Assembly (NCBI GenBank): GCA_001244265.2
Contig: CDLV01000007.1
Location: 434,001 to 498,000, forward strand
DNA length: 64,000 nt
Direction: 5' to 3'
From: Microbotryum violaceum
Lineage: Eukaryota
The notes beneath the pieces were generated by a model. It saw nothing but the letters and a program-made list of their open reading frames with translations. It had not been told where the DNA came from and did no database searches. The translations under genes were made by a program, and so were the position numbers. This document shows, piece after piece, positions 1-13,076 of this stretch. Every line of letters starts with the position of its first letter. Position 1 is the stretch's first letter.

Positions 1-2837
1 AGCAATAACAACAACAGCGCCAGCACGAGGAGAAGCAGCGTTGGTGGCCAAAGTCATCAGTTGGGTGGATCGTTGCCCTCTCCGGACCTGAGCCCTCCGA
101 GCCCCGTGCCCACTTTTGCCGAGGACGATTGCCAAGACGACGAATCAGAGGACCGACCCGAGAGTCCAACCCAGGGTCAGTCCTTGCACGTATACGGCTG
201 AGCAAAGCCAGCGGTTCTGACCCTTTTCACGATTCACTGTTTGCAGCCATGCGGGACAGCGCTGCCGATGACGCCACGGCTCTGCAGTTCGACCTCGGTT
301 CGGGCCATGCAATCAGTGGTCTTCTCTCCCTGCCCGACTTTGTGCGCCAATTCGACACTCTCCCGTCTTCGTTGCAGTCCTATTTCATCTTCACGTTCCT
401 CAAGCGCTCGCCGATTCCGGTGCTGCAGACGATCAACAACATCATCTCCCCCGCTCTGCGTCGTGACTTTCTCACCGACCTCCCTCCCGAACTTGGCGTC
501 CACGTGCTCGGCTTCCTCGACGCGCGATCGCTTTGTCGAGCCTCAGTCGTGTGCAAAGGCTGGCGACGGCTCGTCGACGGCGACTGGCGCGTGTGGAAGC
601 AACGGCTTGTGCGCGACGAACTCTGGATAGGCGACGGCTCGGAGGAGATCGAGGCCAAGGAGATCATCACCGGCACCCGCGAGAACCTGTTCCTCAAGCG
701 CTGGCGGGCCGGCGTGTGGGACAACGAGGCCGGCGTCTCGGCCGCCGAGGCCTGGGCCGGAGAGGACTTTGTCATGCACATCGAAGGTCTGCGCGCACAG
801 ATCGACTCGGACGAGTACCTGGCGGCCAGTTCTGCTTCGGCGGCACGCCGACCGTCGCAAGCGTTCCGGCTGGCGTCACCGCAGTCGTCGCGCGAGGCGT
901 CACCCTTTTCGCAAGGCCACTTCGTGCATCCATTCAAAAAGCTTTACCAGCGACGATTTGAAGCGCGCGGCAACTGGATGCACCGGACGCCGAAGAGCAT
1001 CAGTTTCGCTTGCAACGCCAATAACGTCGTCACGTGCCTGCAGTTCGACAAGGACAAGATCGTGTCGGCGTCGGACGACCACTCGATTCACGTCTGGAAC
1101 ACGCGCACGGGGGAAGCCAAGGCTCAGCTGCAAGGCCACGAGGGCGAAGTGTGGGCCCTGCAGTACGTCGGCAATGTCCTCGTCTCGGGCTCGACGGACC
1201 GCACCGTTCGCGTGTGGGACCTCGACCAAGGGCGGTGCACCCACACCTTTGTCGGCCACACCTCGACCGTGCGCTGCCTCCAGATCATCGAGCCGCAAAA
1301 CGTCAATCCCGACTCGAGCGGTGTCCCCATCTGGGAACCTCCATTCCCGCTCATCGTCACGGGCTCTCGCGACTGGTCGTTGCGCGTCTGGAAGCTGCCG
1401 ACGCCAGGCAAGGATGCTGACTACCAGCCGACGGTCCCGCAGTCGCCGACGGAGGAGAACACGGATCCCGGCGAGAACCCATACCACTTGCGCCACCTCG
1501 CTGGTCATCGACACGCTGTGCGGGCGCTGGCGGCGCACGGGCGCATCGTCATCTCGGGCTCGTACGACTGCCACGTCCGCGTCTGGGACGTTATGACGGG
1601 CCAGTCTCTGCATCGCCTGACGGGCCACACCCAAAAAGTATATTCGGTCGTGTACGACCATCGTCGCGACCACTGCGCTTCGGGGTCGTTGGACGGCACC
1701 GTGCGCCTCTGGTCGACCAAGACCGGCCAATGCCTCGCGACCCTGAACGGCCATTCGTCGCTCGTCGGTCTCCTTGGCCTCTCGCACCGCAATCTAGTCT
1801 CGGCGGCCGCGGATTCGACCCTGCGCATCTGGGATCCCGTCACGGGCGAGTGTCGGCACACACTCGCAGCGCATTCAGGCGCCATCACGTGCTTCCAGCA
1901 CGACGAGTATAAGGTCGTCTCTGGCTCTGACGGCACACTGAAGATGTGGGACGTACGCGATGGCTCGTTCACGCGGGATCTCCTGACAGGGCTGACGGGC
2001 GTGTGGCAGGTCGCGTTCGATCGACGGTTCTGCGTCGCAGCGATTCAACGTAACGGCCAAAGCGAGTTTGAGGTGCTCGACTTTTTCCCCGAGGAGAACG
2101 ACGACGACGATCCCGAGGAGGATAGCCACTCGGCTTCGGCCGGCGACGACGGGATGGGGGGAACCAAGGCGCGGAGACGCTCGCGCAGAAGGGAACAACG
2201 AGGCGAGGGTACGGCGGCGACAACGGGACAGAGCATGGACGACCTTATCATCGACTCGGAAGATGATTTGGATCAAGAAGACGACTACTCGGAAGGAGGC
2301 TTGGATGGAATGGAGGTCGGGCCCGACACGACGCAAGGCACCGGCGGGTTCAGCGCTCATCGGTTCCCTGCGCGTCGCCTCGACGGTCCGCAGGGTGGAG
2401 CAACATCTGACGCACTCTTTGGGGCTCCGGTTCTCGACAACACGATCGTGACGCCACAGAATGGTCTGACTCTGGCGTCCAGTGCGACGAACCCGCACCC
2501 GAATCGATCGCCGTCGCCGACGACGAGCCAGCGTCGCTCGTTCCCGGTCATGCTGCGAGCCGAAGAGTTCCCCCGACGCACTTTTGGCGATGCCGTCGTG
2601 CCCATCGCGTCCTTGGCGACAACGCAGACGACCCCCGCCGCCTCAACGTCTTCGAACGGTGCGCGACAGATCCGTCGCGTCGCCTCGGCGAACCGGCTGC
2701 ACTCGGCCTTCTCCACGCCCCACAACCACCAGGCCGCGATCGTAAGGGCCCACCTGGCCTCTGGTGCGAGCACAGGGCCAGAGAGGGGGCCAGAGGACAT
2801 GGATGTTGAAGCGGGCGAGCAACGGGGTCGGACGTAA
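1..2837 (+). CDS. CDC4: F-box/WD40 SCF substrate receptor (Cdc4/Fbxw7 family), 5'-partial
   Basis: F-box (DFLTDLPPELGVHVLGFLD) followed by WD40 repeats (GHEGEVWALQY, GHTSTVRCL, GSYDCHVRVWD). Frame 1 is open from base 1; intron 176-246 (GTCAGT...CTGAC...TTGCAG) joins it to the 129..2837 frame. Confidence 0.92.
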
Positions 2838-3850
2838 AGGTTTTCGGAGAGGAAGGGGTTTCTCTTTTTCCGGGATGGCCTGAAGTCAGGCTTTGCCCGC
2901 GATGTAGCGCAGTCTGTCCTTTGAAGTTGTGTTGTATTTTAAGACTTGACACTCGGATATGTAAGAACATCCCTTGGATGTGCGACACTGTTTGCAGGTC
3001 GAGGCGGGCACGCTACTGCGAGGACTCGAGGCTGAAAGAGGCGCGTCGCTTCGAGATCTCCACTTGCCCTCGGTCGCCGGGAGCTAGCGCTTACGTGGCA
3101 TCACGCGGGGAGCACGCTCGTCACGTGGTGCGGAAGCGCTCGAGCCTTTACCGGCATCCTGTCAGTCAGTGCACGCTCTTGCCTTGCTTCGGCCGAGCAG
3201 CAACCCCACTACGGCGAGCCCACACGGAAACAAACAGACTCACTCTGGTCACCCGGCGATTCGTCGGCCCAAAGTTTGCGACGATTGGATCGTTACTCCT
3301 CGCGGATCGCCCCTCTGCACGGGCTCACGGTTCGACCCACGTCACGGCAGGCGACCGGTAGGGCCAAAGACAGAGCTGCCCCTATCGAAACTGGACAGGA
3401 GATATGGCGCGACGACCTTCCCCTTCCTTTTCGGCCACGATCACCTCGCCACGTCCTGGATCAAACGATCGTCCTCCCTCGAATCGGGACACGACCACAG
3501 CATCCGAGACACCCCTTCGCCGCTGTCGTCATTGTCGTCGTCGTCACACACACGGCCCTTGCTTCAACTCGACGTCGACGACCACTCCCCTCAATTTACG
3601 ACTGATTCAGGGCACTCGAAGTACCCACACCACCCGCCCAAGAACGGCAGCGACCGCCGCACCATTCGCCGTCGATCCGTCACCGGCTCATCCCGCCGTG
3701 GCGCAGGTGCGTTCCTACTCCCACAACCGCTCCCAGTCGCTGTCCGAGCCTGTGCGCAACAACTCGAACAGCTCCGACACGCCGTCCCCGACCGACTCGA
3801 GCGATCCCAGCCACGGTGAGAGTTCCGGTTCGTCGTTGGGCTCGACACGG

Positions 3851-6800
3851 ATGGCTTCGCAAGCGGAACTCGTGAGGCGGCATCACACCCTGTCGACGTC
3901 GTCCTCGCGGCTCGTTCGGCTCGAGCGATCCCGTGCTCGGCTAGCTTTGTGAGTATTGGAGGCGCGGGTTATCTCTCTAGGCTGTCTTTGAATGTACCAA
4001 CGCTGTGAGGAATAAGTAAATCACTACTAACATCGAAGAGAACGTTTACGTCTCTATTTCGCATAGACAAGGCGTAGGTCTCAGTGAGGAGGATCAGGAG
4101 TACTACGTCCCGCCCTCGCCGATCAGGGGGTCGCTGTGGTCCGACGTCGGACACGACAGCAGCGATGCAGGTGGTTTCCCCACCTTCTTTTCTCCCCTTC
4201 CTCCTCGTCATCGACAGCGACCACCTTTGGTGCCGTCGGATCCAGACACACCGTGGCTGGCGGCGACCTGAGTTATGCCACATCACACCTCGTCGACCAA
4301 GCACACTCGGACGAGCCGACAGCGAATGCCCGAACGGCGCCCAGGGGGCAGGGTCAGGACCAGTGGATCAGCGATCACACGCGTTCCTTTCCAGCAACAA
4401 CAGAATCCTTATCGCCACCCTCGACATCGACTTCGACCGCGTACGTGCCTCCGCTTGCAGTCAAGCCCTCCGTCGTCACTAAAAAGTCGTCGTTCGTGGT
4501 GCTGCGAGGCGCCAAAGGGGACGCCGCGCTGAGCGAGCGAAGAACCGTCTCCGCCGCCACCCTGCCCCCAGCGTCCCCGATCGCCCAGTCGACGAGGCAT
4601 AACGTCGCAGCACACACCGATCCAGGGTCAACCGAACTAAAGCATCGAAATTCCCTCAAGGCTTTTCTCGATGCCGAAGGCACGGGAGGCCAGGAGGACT
4701 GGGAGCGGGGCCTCCTGGACGAGAGGGACCGCGAGGAGAGGCAATTGAGGACCGGCGGCATGCAGGTGAGCCTTGACTCGGCACGTTTCTTCTCTGCCTA
4801 GGTAGCAACGGTCTGACGCTATGCATTACGATTTTGTCTGCAGCACGACGCTGCTCCATCGGCATCGTTGGCGAATTTTGCCCCCCTCGACTCGGGCGAT
4901 TTCAATCCACACTCGCGCGCCAACGCGTATCATCACCCTTCGTCGACCTTTTGGCCCACGTCCGAGACCGACGTCATCGGTGCGCTCCGACGCCATCAGA
5001 GCCTCAGCAACTTTCATCGCCAGCCCAGCGAAACAGAGCTCGGCTCCAGCGCTGCTCCGTCCGAAGAGTGGGCCACAACGCAGCCGCACACCCGGCTCGC
5101 TAGTGCAAGCAGCGGGGACGAGACGCTGTACGGATCCATCGCACTCGCCTCGGCTGCGCCCATCACTAGCGGGACCACGCTCGGTCGCTCGCGGTCGAGC
5201 ACGAGCCCGGCACCGCATCACCATTTGCACCACACCTCTTCGCTGCGGTCGCAGGCGGGGGCCAACTCGTCTCGGTCACCGCTCAGCCACTCCAGCTCGG
5301 TATCGTCGCACCACTCGCTGCGGCATTCGAACTCGATCGGGCGGGAGCGGGGTACGCTGAGCCCCGTTGGAGGGTTTTCGCGGAGCCCATGGAGCCCCAC
5401 GGTCGAGGAAACCAAGGCGCTTGGGTCCATGAACGGCGTCGTCGGTGCGACGGGGCTGCACCGACGCGGGAGTGGGAGCTCACGAGGGAGCGCCCACGCC
5501 GCCGCCCTAGCAGGACGCCTCGACGGCAACGGACCGAGCGGAGCGTTCGTCGAAGAATTTGCCCAGCTCGAGCTCGCCTCTTCCTCAGCGCCTTACCCCT
5601 TGTCCAAGACCCCACCGTCGTACCACGACGACGCCCATCCTTCGTGGAGCCATGCGAGCTCACCTCGATTACCAGGAGCCACGGCTGTGAACCGTTCTAT
5701 GACAGCTCCCCAGGTCGTACCGCGGCGACTACCCCCGCTCTCAACGAATCTTGAGCAGGCTACGCAGGCGCAGCAGCAGTCGGCGGCCGCTCGCCATGGT
5801 CCCGCTTCGGCAGCAGCTTTTGTGCCCCCGATCGGGCATTCCCACGGCGGCAGCAGCGACATCCAGGCTTCACCTGACGAGTACGGCAGCGGCGGTGCCA
5901 CCGCAGTACCTGGCGGTGATGTCGGATCGTCATCGTACGAATGGCAACGGCAGAAGGAACTGCTGATGGGCGTCGCGCCACCTGCGAACCCGAACTCGGC
6001 TGGGTGGTCCAACGGGGCCGCTGCGGTTCCCCTCCTGGCGGCCGCCAACTACGGCGTCACAATCGCGATGCAACAGCAGCAGCAACAGATTCAAATCCTG
6101 CAGTCACAAATGCAGCAGGCGACCGAAGCCTTGAACTTGATGCGACAGCAAAGTCAGGTGCCCCTACAGGGGTCGGTGCCGACGCAGACACTGCCCTATG
6201 CCGCGCCCTACCCAATGCGTACGCCACCGACTTCCTCTTCGGCTGGTCGGTCATCGCCTTTGCAACACAGCTCGACGCCGGATCCTTCCCACCCCCGGGC
6301 CAGGCCCCGCCTGTCGTCGACATCGGCGTACTGGTCGCCAAAAAGGGGTACAACCCCATCGACTTTGACCTCCGGCCCACAGCTGCGCGCTTCTTCGTCA
6401 TCAAGTCGTACACCGAAGAGGACGTGCACAAGTCGCTCAAGTACGAGATCTGGGCCTCGACGGACCTCGGGAACAAGCGCCTCGACCGGGCGTTCCGCGA
6501 GTCGCACGAGCGCGGTCCCATCTACCTCTTCTTCAGCGTTAACGCGAGCGGGCATTTCGCCGGCGTCGCGGAGATGTTGACCCCTGTGGACTATTCGACG
6601 ACGAGCAACGTCTGGGCGTCGGACAAATGGAAGGGCGTGCTCAAGGTGCGCTGGATCTACATCAAGGACGTGCCGCTAAGTGCGCTGCGGCACATCCGGT
6701 TGAGCAACACGAGCGAGAACAAGCCCGTCACCTCGTCCAGGGATACGCAGGAGGTGCCGTTCGACGCTGGACTCGAGGTTTTGCGTGTCATCGCCACCTA

Positions 6801-7334
6801 CCCTTCGCGAACGACTCTGTTGCAGGATTATGGCTACTACGAAGCGCGCACGGTCGCCGGTCCAGGCGGCCATGGGGTGTCAGCGCCATCGTCCTCGGGG
6901 GCGACCCGCAGGTCGGCGGCGACGATCCCGCAGCCGCCAAAAACCCGCATTACGCACGCATGGCCGCCCACAACCAACAGCCTGCGGGCAACGGGCAGCA
7001 CCTGCAGTACCCTCAGAATCTACCTGCTGGCTCTAGCCCGGGGCCCTACGGCCCGCCGTCCCAACCGCAAGCGCAACTGCAGCTGCCACCATCGGGCCAC
7101 TATCCGACCACCGGTCCGGGTGCCTCGTTCCACCCCACACCGGGCTTTCACGGACATCCCTCGGTGCCGCCGCAGTACGGCGGCCACCCTTCGGCATACC
7201 AGCCTCTCTCTCTGCTGATGTATCCGCAAGCTTCATTACCGGCGCATCGCCACCAACAGCTCTCGGACGATGGCAGTCGTGGACGACGCTCGTCGTTCCA
7301 ACCCAATGGTTCGGGGCCCGGTGTTCCCTATTGA
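3851..7334 (+). CDS. YTH-domain (m6A reader-type) RNA-binding protein, multi-exon, with apparent frameshifts
   Basis: YTH domain at about 6340-6840 ([25 protein letters not shown]...[17 protein letters not shown]...SSRDTQEV). Low-complexity N-terminus is spread over ORFs 3404, 4136 and 4868. Start codon and exon boundaries are approximate. Confidence 0.8.
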
Positions 7335-7685
7335 GTCCCTCCGCCAATTCATTACTATCGATGGCCCGTATCGTGCCGTCCCGTACAACCCCTCTGTTCA
7401 TGATCGCCTTTCCGCCTCTACTTTATTCACTGTCGTGACCTGTTCTTGTTCGGACGTCTTGTTCCCCCTTCTTTCTTTCTTCTTGCTTCTCTTTGTTAGC
7501 ATCGTAACGACAGTGTACCCTTGCATATCGCCCTACGCCGGCTTCCCTTTTCCTACCCATCCTCTTTTAGCTGGAAATCTGAACCCGGCTCCACCCTCTG
7601 TAAAAGGGCTGCAGTTCCAGCGTATTAAAGACAGTGGGAGCACCTAGTTACATGTGGTGACACCCCTTTGATTGCGAATCTACTC

Positions 7686-9647
7686 CTACAACAACCAGAG
7701 AGCGCCCTCCTTGCCCATCTCTGCCTGAATGCTCGTCTTGAACCACTTGCCGGCATCGTCCTCAACGGTCGCTTTCTTGGCATCGGGATACGGTGGCAAG
7801 GCCGGCAGTTCATCGTCCGTGATCATGTGTATGGTGGGCAGCGTCTTGGGGTGAGGTAGCACCGAGGTACGAACGACTATCTCGCCCTTGAAGCGTTGTT
7901 CTTGCTGGATCTGCGCTTCGTCGCAGCCAATCAGTTTGAGCTCGACCCCGACCGAAGGCGCGCCGACGTGGGTCCTATCCGAGGCTTCGTCCTGCGTCCC
8001 GACGGGGCTGGGTAATCGCTGGGCGTCATAGTAGATCGAGTTCGCGATTGGCCCACAGATCGCCGAGTGCGCCAGCACGGACACGACGGGGATTCCCAAC
8101 GTCGCCTTGAACATCTCGGCTCGAGCCTGTTCTAACGGCGGACCCATCTCGTCGTCCGCCCCGCGGAGCAAGTGAAGAAGACGGCGCGGAGTCGCGTGAG
8201 GTGCGCGTCCTTGCGCACGCCCTTGAAGAGGAGCGAATCCCACACGGAATCGCGCGTGATGACGCCTTCGCGCAGCAGCCGAATCTTGCCGTTGCGCGAC
8301 TGTCGGATGATGGCCGCCGAGTCGCCGAGCATCCTGCTCAGAAGCAGGCGGTACAGCGGGAACGAGAGGCGCGAGGTCGGCCCAAACACGAGCGTGGCGG
8401 GAGGACCGTTCGATCGGGTCGGCGCGAGAAGTTGCTCGAGGTCCTCGTGCGTCGCTTCCTCCGGCAACGTGCGGAGCGCGAGAGAGCACGACGTGTAGAC
8501 GGTGAAGAGTGCAAGCCCGAAGCCGTAGGGCGTGCTCGGGTGGTGTAGGGACAGCAGCGAGTCGTAAATGGTGGGGCGCAACGGTTTCGGGGAGGAAAGG
8601 AAGAGCGTCGAAAACGAAACGATCGAGGCGGTAAGGTTCTGTGGGTGTTTGAGGGGTGGTGGCTCAGACGAGGGCGACGCTGTGGGTTTTGGCACCAATA
8701 TTGGAGCACTCACGATGTGGGTCAAAGGCAAGGCGACGCCGTCAGAGACGATCGTCAGCGCGACGTCTTTGAGATCAACCTCGTCCTTCTCCGAGAACGG
8801 GGACTTTTCGGCCGCTTCTTTGGCCTCGGCGAGGAGACTGCGCCCCGTGATCAAGAGTTCTGCAGCGACCGTCGGAGGGTCGTTCTCGACATCACCTCGA
8901 TCCTCCTCTTCGTCACTCGCGCCGAGCACGATCGTCTTGGCTTCAGAGGAGCCCGGAATGAATTGAACGGTCGAGAGGAGCGACGCCGAGTAGATGATGG
9001 CCCCGACCGGCTCGAGGTCGGCGGGGATTTTGCTCCCAGGCGCAATGACGATCGGTCGGTGGGCCGTCAACGACACGGCCAGGGTGGCGACAAAAGCGTC
9101 TGAGTGTGCAGGCAACAAAAATGCATCAGCACCAAAGAAGGCGACAGTCGGACTGGACTCGTGGCCGGCGCTGGCGCACGAGCGACAAAGGCTAGGTAGG
9201 TAGCAACAAACGGGGTGGACACCTACCTGCAGGATGCTCAATGACGACCGCAACAGGTTCATCCCCTTTGCCCAGGGTCGACAGAAGGCCGTGCTTGACG
9301 GCGAGCACGACGTCGAGCAGCTTGTCGCCGCGGTGGATCCACACGCTGCCTTGCTCGCCGCCTTCGAAGCAGGACTTTGACCGCTCGAGCACGTCGCGCA
9401 GTCGCTTCACGCTCTTGTCCGGTCGAATCGGGGCTCGGACGCCTCCCGTCGACGAACTGCCGTAGACGGGCGACTCGCTCGGCTTGCGCGTCGGGGCCGA
9501 GGTCGACTGGCGACCGAGCAAGAACGGGTGCGTCTGCGGCGGGGGAGGGCGAAGGAACACGGCGATACCGATCAACACGACCGCGACCACGCCCAACAGG
9601 ACGGTCGTGCGGTCAACTTTCATCGCAGCGGACAGTGGCGAAGACAT
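7686..9647 (-). CDS. Acyl-CoA synthetase-like (AMP-binding fold) protein with N-terminal membrane anchor, multi-exon
   Basis: N-terminal hydrophobic helix, then HPFLLGRQS...RKPSESPVY, REG...WDSLLF...R, HVGAPSVGVELKL and GEIVVR segments that resemble ACSL-type proteins. Spread over ORFs 9192, 8132 and 7686. Confidence 0.6.
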
Positions 9648-10494
9648 GGTGGTGGGGTGGGGTGTGATGGGACGACACTTCAACGGTGACGGCACCGCAA
9701 GAGCGAGAGGAGAGGCGAGAGAGCCTCCGCTCGCAAGTGGAGCGCCGAATGCATGCCTTGAAGCCGTGAAGAAACGGTCACCGGGGAGATTCGACTGCGA
9801 ATGAAAGCGAGAGCGACCTGATGCATTCACTTGAAAATGACGGCTCTAATTGATTGAGCTAAGCAAATGCTTTGCTTGATCGAGGACGAGGCCGCGATGT
9901 CGTGCAGCAGGTCAACGTTTTTTTGACGGCTTCCAACCGCACTCCGGCCTGTCGTCGGCGCGCGGCTCCTCCCTCGTCTCGTCGAACATACAGTCGCTCC
10001 CACCTCGAGACCCTTCGAACAGAGTGTTTTCTCTCTCCACTCTGTGGTGACAAACTTTCGGGCCCTTGAGTTAAGCACGTTCTCCAAGCGTGCTCGCGCC
10101 AAAGAAAAGACCAAAAGTTGTAAGGTATGCGCCCTGAAAAATGCTGACAATCTGTCGTTCCTGACCACTAGACCAAAGCAAGTGGGAACTAGACTCTTAA
10201 GTTCTAGATGCTCGACAATTACAGGATCTGGCCAAGACACTGATTCCCGCATTATATGCTACTACTGATTCAAGATTACACAAGATCTACACACGCTAAG
10301 AACAGCTTCGATCTATGCTTTCAGATTTTATCTTAAATCGAGGGAAATAATTTTCTTCAGAGACTAGTGCAGCAAAAATTAACGTCAAATTGAAAAGGCC
10401 GCTGCTGGAGGTGAAGGACCTTCCCCCCCATCCAAAATAATAACAAATCGGAACACGTCAGGGCGAGCTGGTCAGAAGACAAAAAGAAAAACCG

Positions 10495-10599
10495 TGCCCG
10501 CTGAGAGGATCGAACTCTCGACCTCCAGATTTCCCCCCAACCGGGAGTCACAGCTTAATACTATGAGACTAGCGTCATAACCAACTAGACCAAGCAGGC
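10495..10599 (-). tRNA. tRNA-Met(CAT), elongator type, 31-nt intron (10531-10561)
   Basis: Minus strand folds into a cloverleaf: acceptor GCCTGCT/AGCGGGC-A, A box TGGTCTAGTTGG, anticodon loop CT-CAT-A, T arm GAGAG-TTCGATC-CTCTC. T-rich Pol III terminator at 10481-10491. Confidence 0.95.
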
Positions 10600-10675
10600 C
10601 TTGATACGTGTCATCGGGGCGGGTTGTGTCATTACATTTTTGTGAGCATATCTGCTTGTTTCGCAGCTGCCAGGC

Positions 10676-10744
10676 CTTCACTTCACCTCACTTCACTTCA
10701 CCTCACCTCACTTCACTTCACTTCACTTCACTTCACTTCACTTC
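10676..10744 (+). repeat. (CTTCA/CCTCA)n pentanucleotide leader of family A element
   Basis: About 14 tandem units visible directly. Confidence 0.95.
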
Positions 10745-10800
10745 GAAATCGCCCTACCGCAGTCTTCGATACTCGAGTTAACAAGTGATACACCGACAAG

Positions 10801-13076
10801 ATGTCTACAGGAGACCCTGGGTCCCCACCGCCGGCACCGCCACCACCGGTGTCCGCGACCAGCGTCCAGCCACCCCGCGACCAGATCCCGATAAGCTCGA
10901 AGAAGACGCAAGCCACGGGCCCCGCCACCGCCGCACCCAACTATGCCGCCGCTGCGAGTCAGGCGACTCAGTCACCTGAACAACAGCAACAACAACAACA
11001 GCGTGCCAAGGCTCTGGGCAGCCTCCTACAAGCCATGGGTGCTGTACCCGGAAACCGCATGGATCGTTGGGTCCAGGCCATCTACTTCGCCGAACTCTAC
11101 CCCGTCGCCACCGCCACATCGCTGAAATTCTCGGCCTTGAACGCGAACCGGTCTGTCGAGAACATCTTTGATTACGCCCTTGAAGTGACTCTGTCTCACC
11201 AGAGCGCCTCGCGAGCGTCTCATGCCGACAAGACCGATCTCGTGGCCTGCGTCACGAGGCTGTTATCGCCGATCTCTCCTATCTGCTTTGAGCCTGGAGT
11301 TCCTCTGCCGGACCACCTTGCAGCCTATCGACCACAGATCCTAGGCGTACAACATTCATCAATCCTGCGTAATGGGGCGGCTCACCATCGCGTTACGGTT
11401 GGGTTCGTCACCGGCGAGGCCCGTGACGCTGCGCTTACGACGCCCCCTGCTCTCACTTGGCGATCGGCGAAGGCCCGCTTCGCGAAATCTCACAGGTTCC
11501 ACCATAACATGGTCGAGCTTCGAATCAACGTCGGTGTTCAAGGAGTGCCTTCCATGGATGTCATCATCAAATCGTTCCAATTACTAGTGCAGGACTTGTC
11601 AGGCAAGGGACATTCGTGCCAACTTGTGCAGGTTCTGCGCATTATCAGCGTGGACAACGCCTCGGCCTTTGCCCACGTTGCCGGAGACTACTCAGCTTTC
11701 CTACACTTCGATGACGACTCCCTGTTCAAACGCCCTAACACGACCTTGAAAGAGATCCTACCTTCGAGAATCGGCCTTCCCACTCGAGGCATCCCGGTCA
11801 CCGCCCTTCGCCATGACTATGAGAAGGAGGCGGCTTGCGGTAGGTGCCACTTCGTTGGTCACGTGGGAACCTGCGGACTGGATCAGGAGAGCAAGCGAAA
11901 GGAGGCTCACAACGGCAACGGCAACGGCAACACCAACGCCAACAAGAACACCATCACCAACGACACCAACATTGCGGAGGCCGAGGCCCCCATTCCTGTG
12001 CCGGTTGTTAACAGGATCGCATCACAGAATCGCTTCGCCGGGCTCGAGGTTGAAGAGGGACAGGAGGAAGCGGTAACTGGCCAGAGCGGACAGGGGCCAG
12101 AGGAATCGGGGGAGGAGGACGCTGGTGATAAGGCGGATGACGAGGACTCGGAGGACTCGGAGATGGAATCAGAGGCGACCGTGAAAACGGAGGCCATCAT
12201 ACTTAAGAGCGAGGACGAGTCGGTTTTAGAGGACTGCGGAGGATCCGATGGAGAGGTGATTGATGAGGATGAGGTGATGGCGGATGGAAGGGGCGAAACA
12301 GAAGGCAAGGTGGCGACGGAGATGGAGGAAAGGGAGGTGGCGACGGAGATGGAGGAAGAGGAGGTGGCGACGGAGGTGGACGATGTGGACGAGGCAGGGG
12401 GAGCGACGAAAGCGGAGAACGCGGAAGCGACGGACTTAGGGGAGACGAACAGGCTGGGCAATGACGACGACAGCGACGCAACAGCAACCGCCGCCACCGC
12501 TTCCCGCGAATCGACACCCCACGAACCAACCCCACCTTTGTCACCCGAAACTCTTGCCAAGTCGCTTCGCGAGGGGGAGGAGTGGGACAGGATCAGAGCT
12601 AACTGGGTTGAGCAGGCACGACTCGAGCGGGACCAAAGCATCGAGAGGAGGCTCGACGCTGAAACCCCTTTGGTGCGTCACAACTTTGCCACGTGGGATG
12701 AGGACGGTGAGATACGTTCCATCAATATCAGGGGGACCGCTTCGAAGTTCAAAAAGCCGGTAATGAAGAGGTCGCAGACTGCGGCGGACCTCAGTGACCC
12801 GAGTGACGAACCGACCGACGCCAAGCGAGTGATCATCAAAGGGAAGAGCCGCGTCGTTGTCAAGGATGGAACAGAGGGGCGGAGGGTGACGAGGTCGATG
12901 TCAGCGGCGGCGGCGATGCCGGTTGGCGTGACGAAAGTGGACCGAGGGAAAGCAAAGGGGTAGCCGAGGAGAAAAGATGGTCCGACCACGAGCCCGAGGA
13001 CGATGTCCTGCCCGCCCTCCCCCTCTTTGAGGACGTCACCACCGCCAAGAGCGCTTCGACCTCAACTACCCATTAA
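10801..13076 (+). CDS. LINE family A ORF1 (gag-like nucleic-acid-binding protein)
   Basis: Pro-rich N-terminus (GDPGSPPP), knuckle [13 protein letters not shown], long acidic tail. As assembled it stops at 12963; adding one G to the G-run at 12957-12960 extends it to TAA 13074-13076. Confidence 0.8.

Noticed and set aside
3851-7334. Programmed frameshifting or pseudogenisation of the YTH gene
   Set aside because: Shifts fall at C/G runs and the domain is intact; assembly indels are more likely.
10676-10744. (CTTCA)n and (CA)n as CRISPR arrays, telomeric seeds or LINE target microsatellites
   Set aside because: No spacers, eukaryotic context, and the repeats are absent from the 3' junctions where target repeats would remain.
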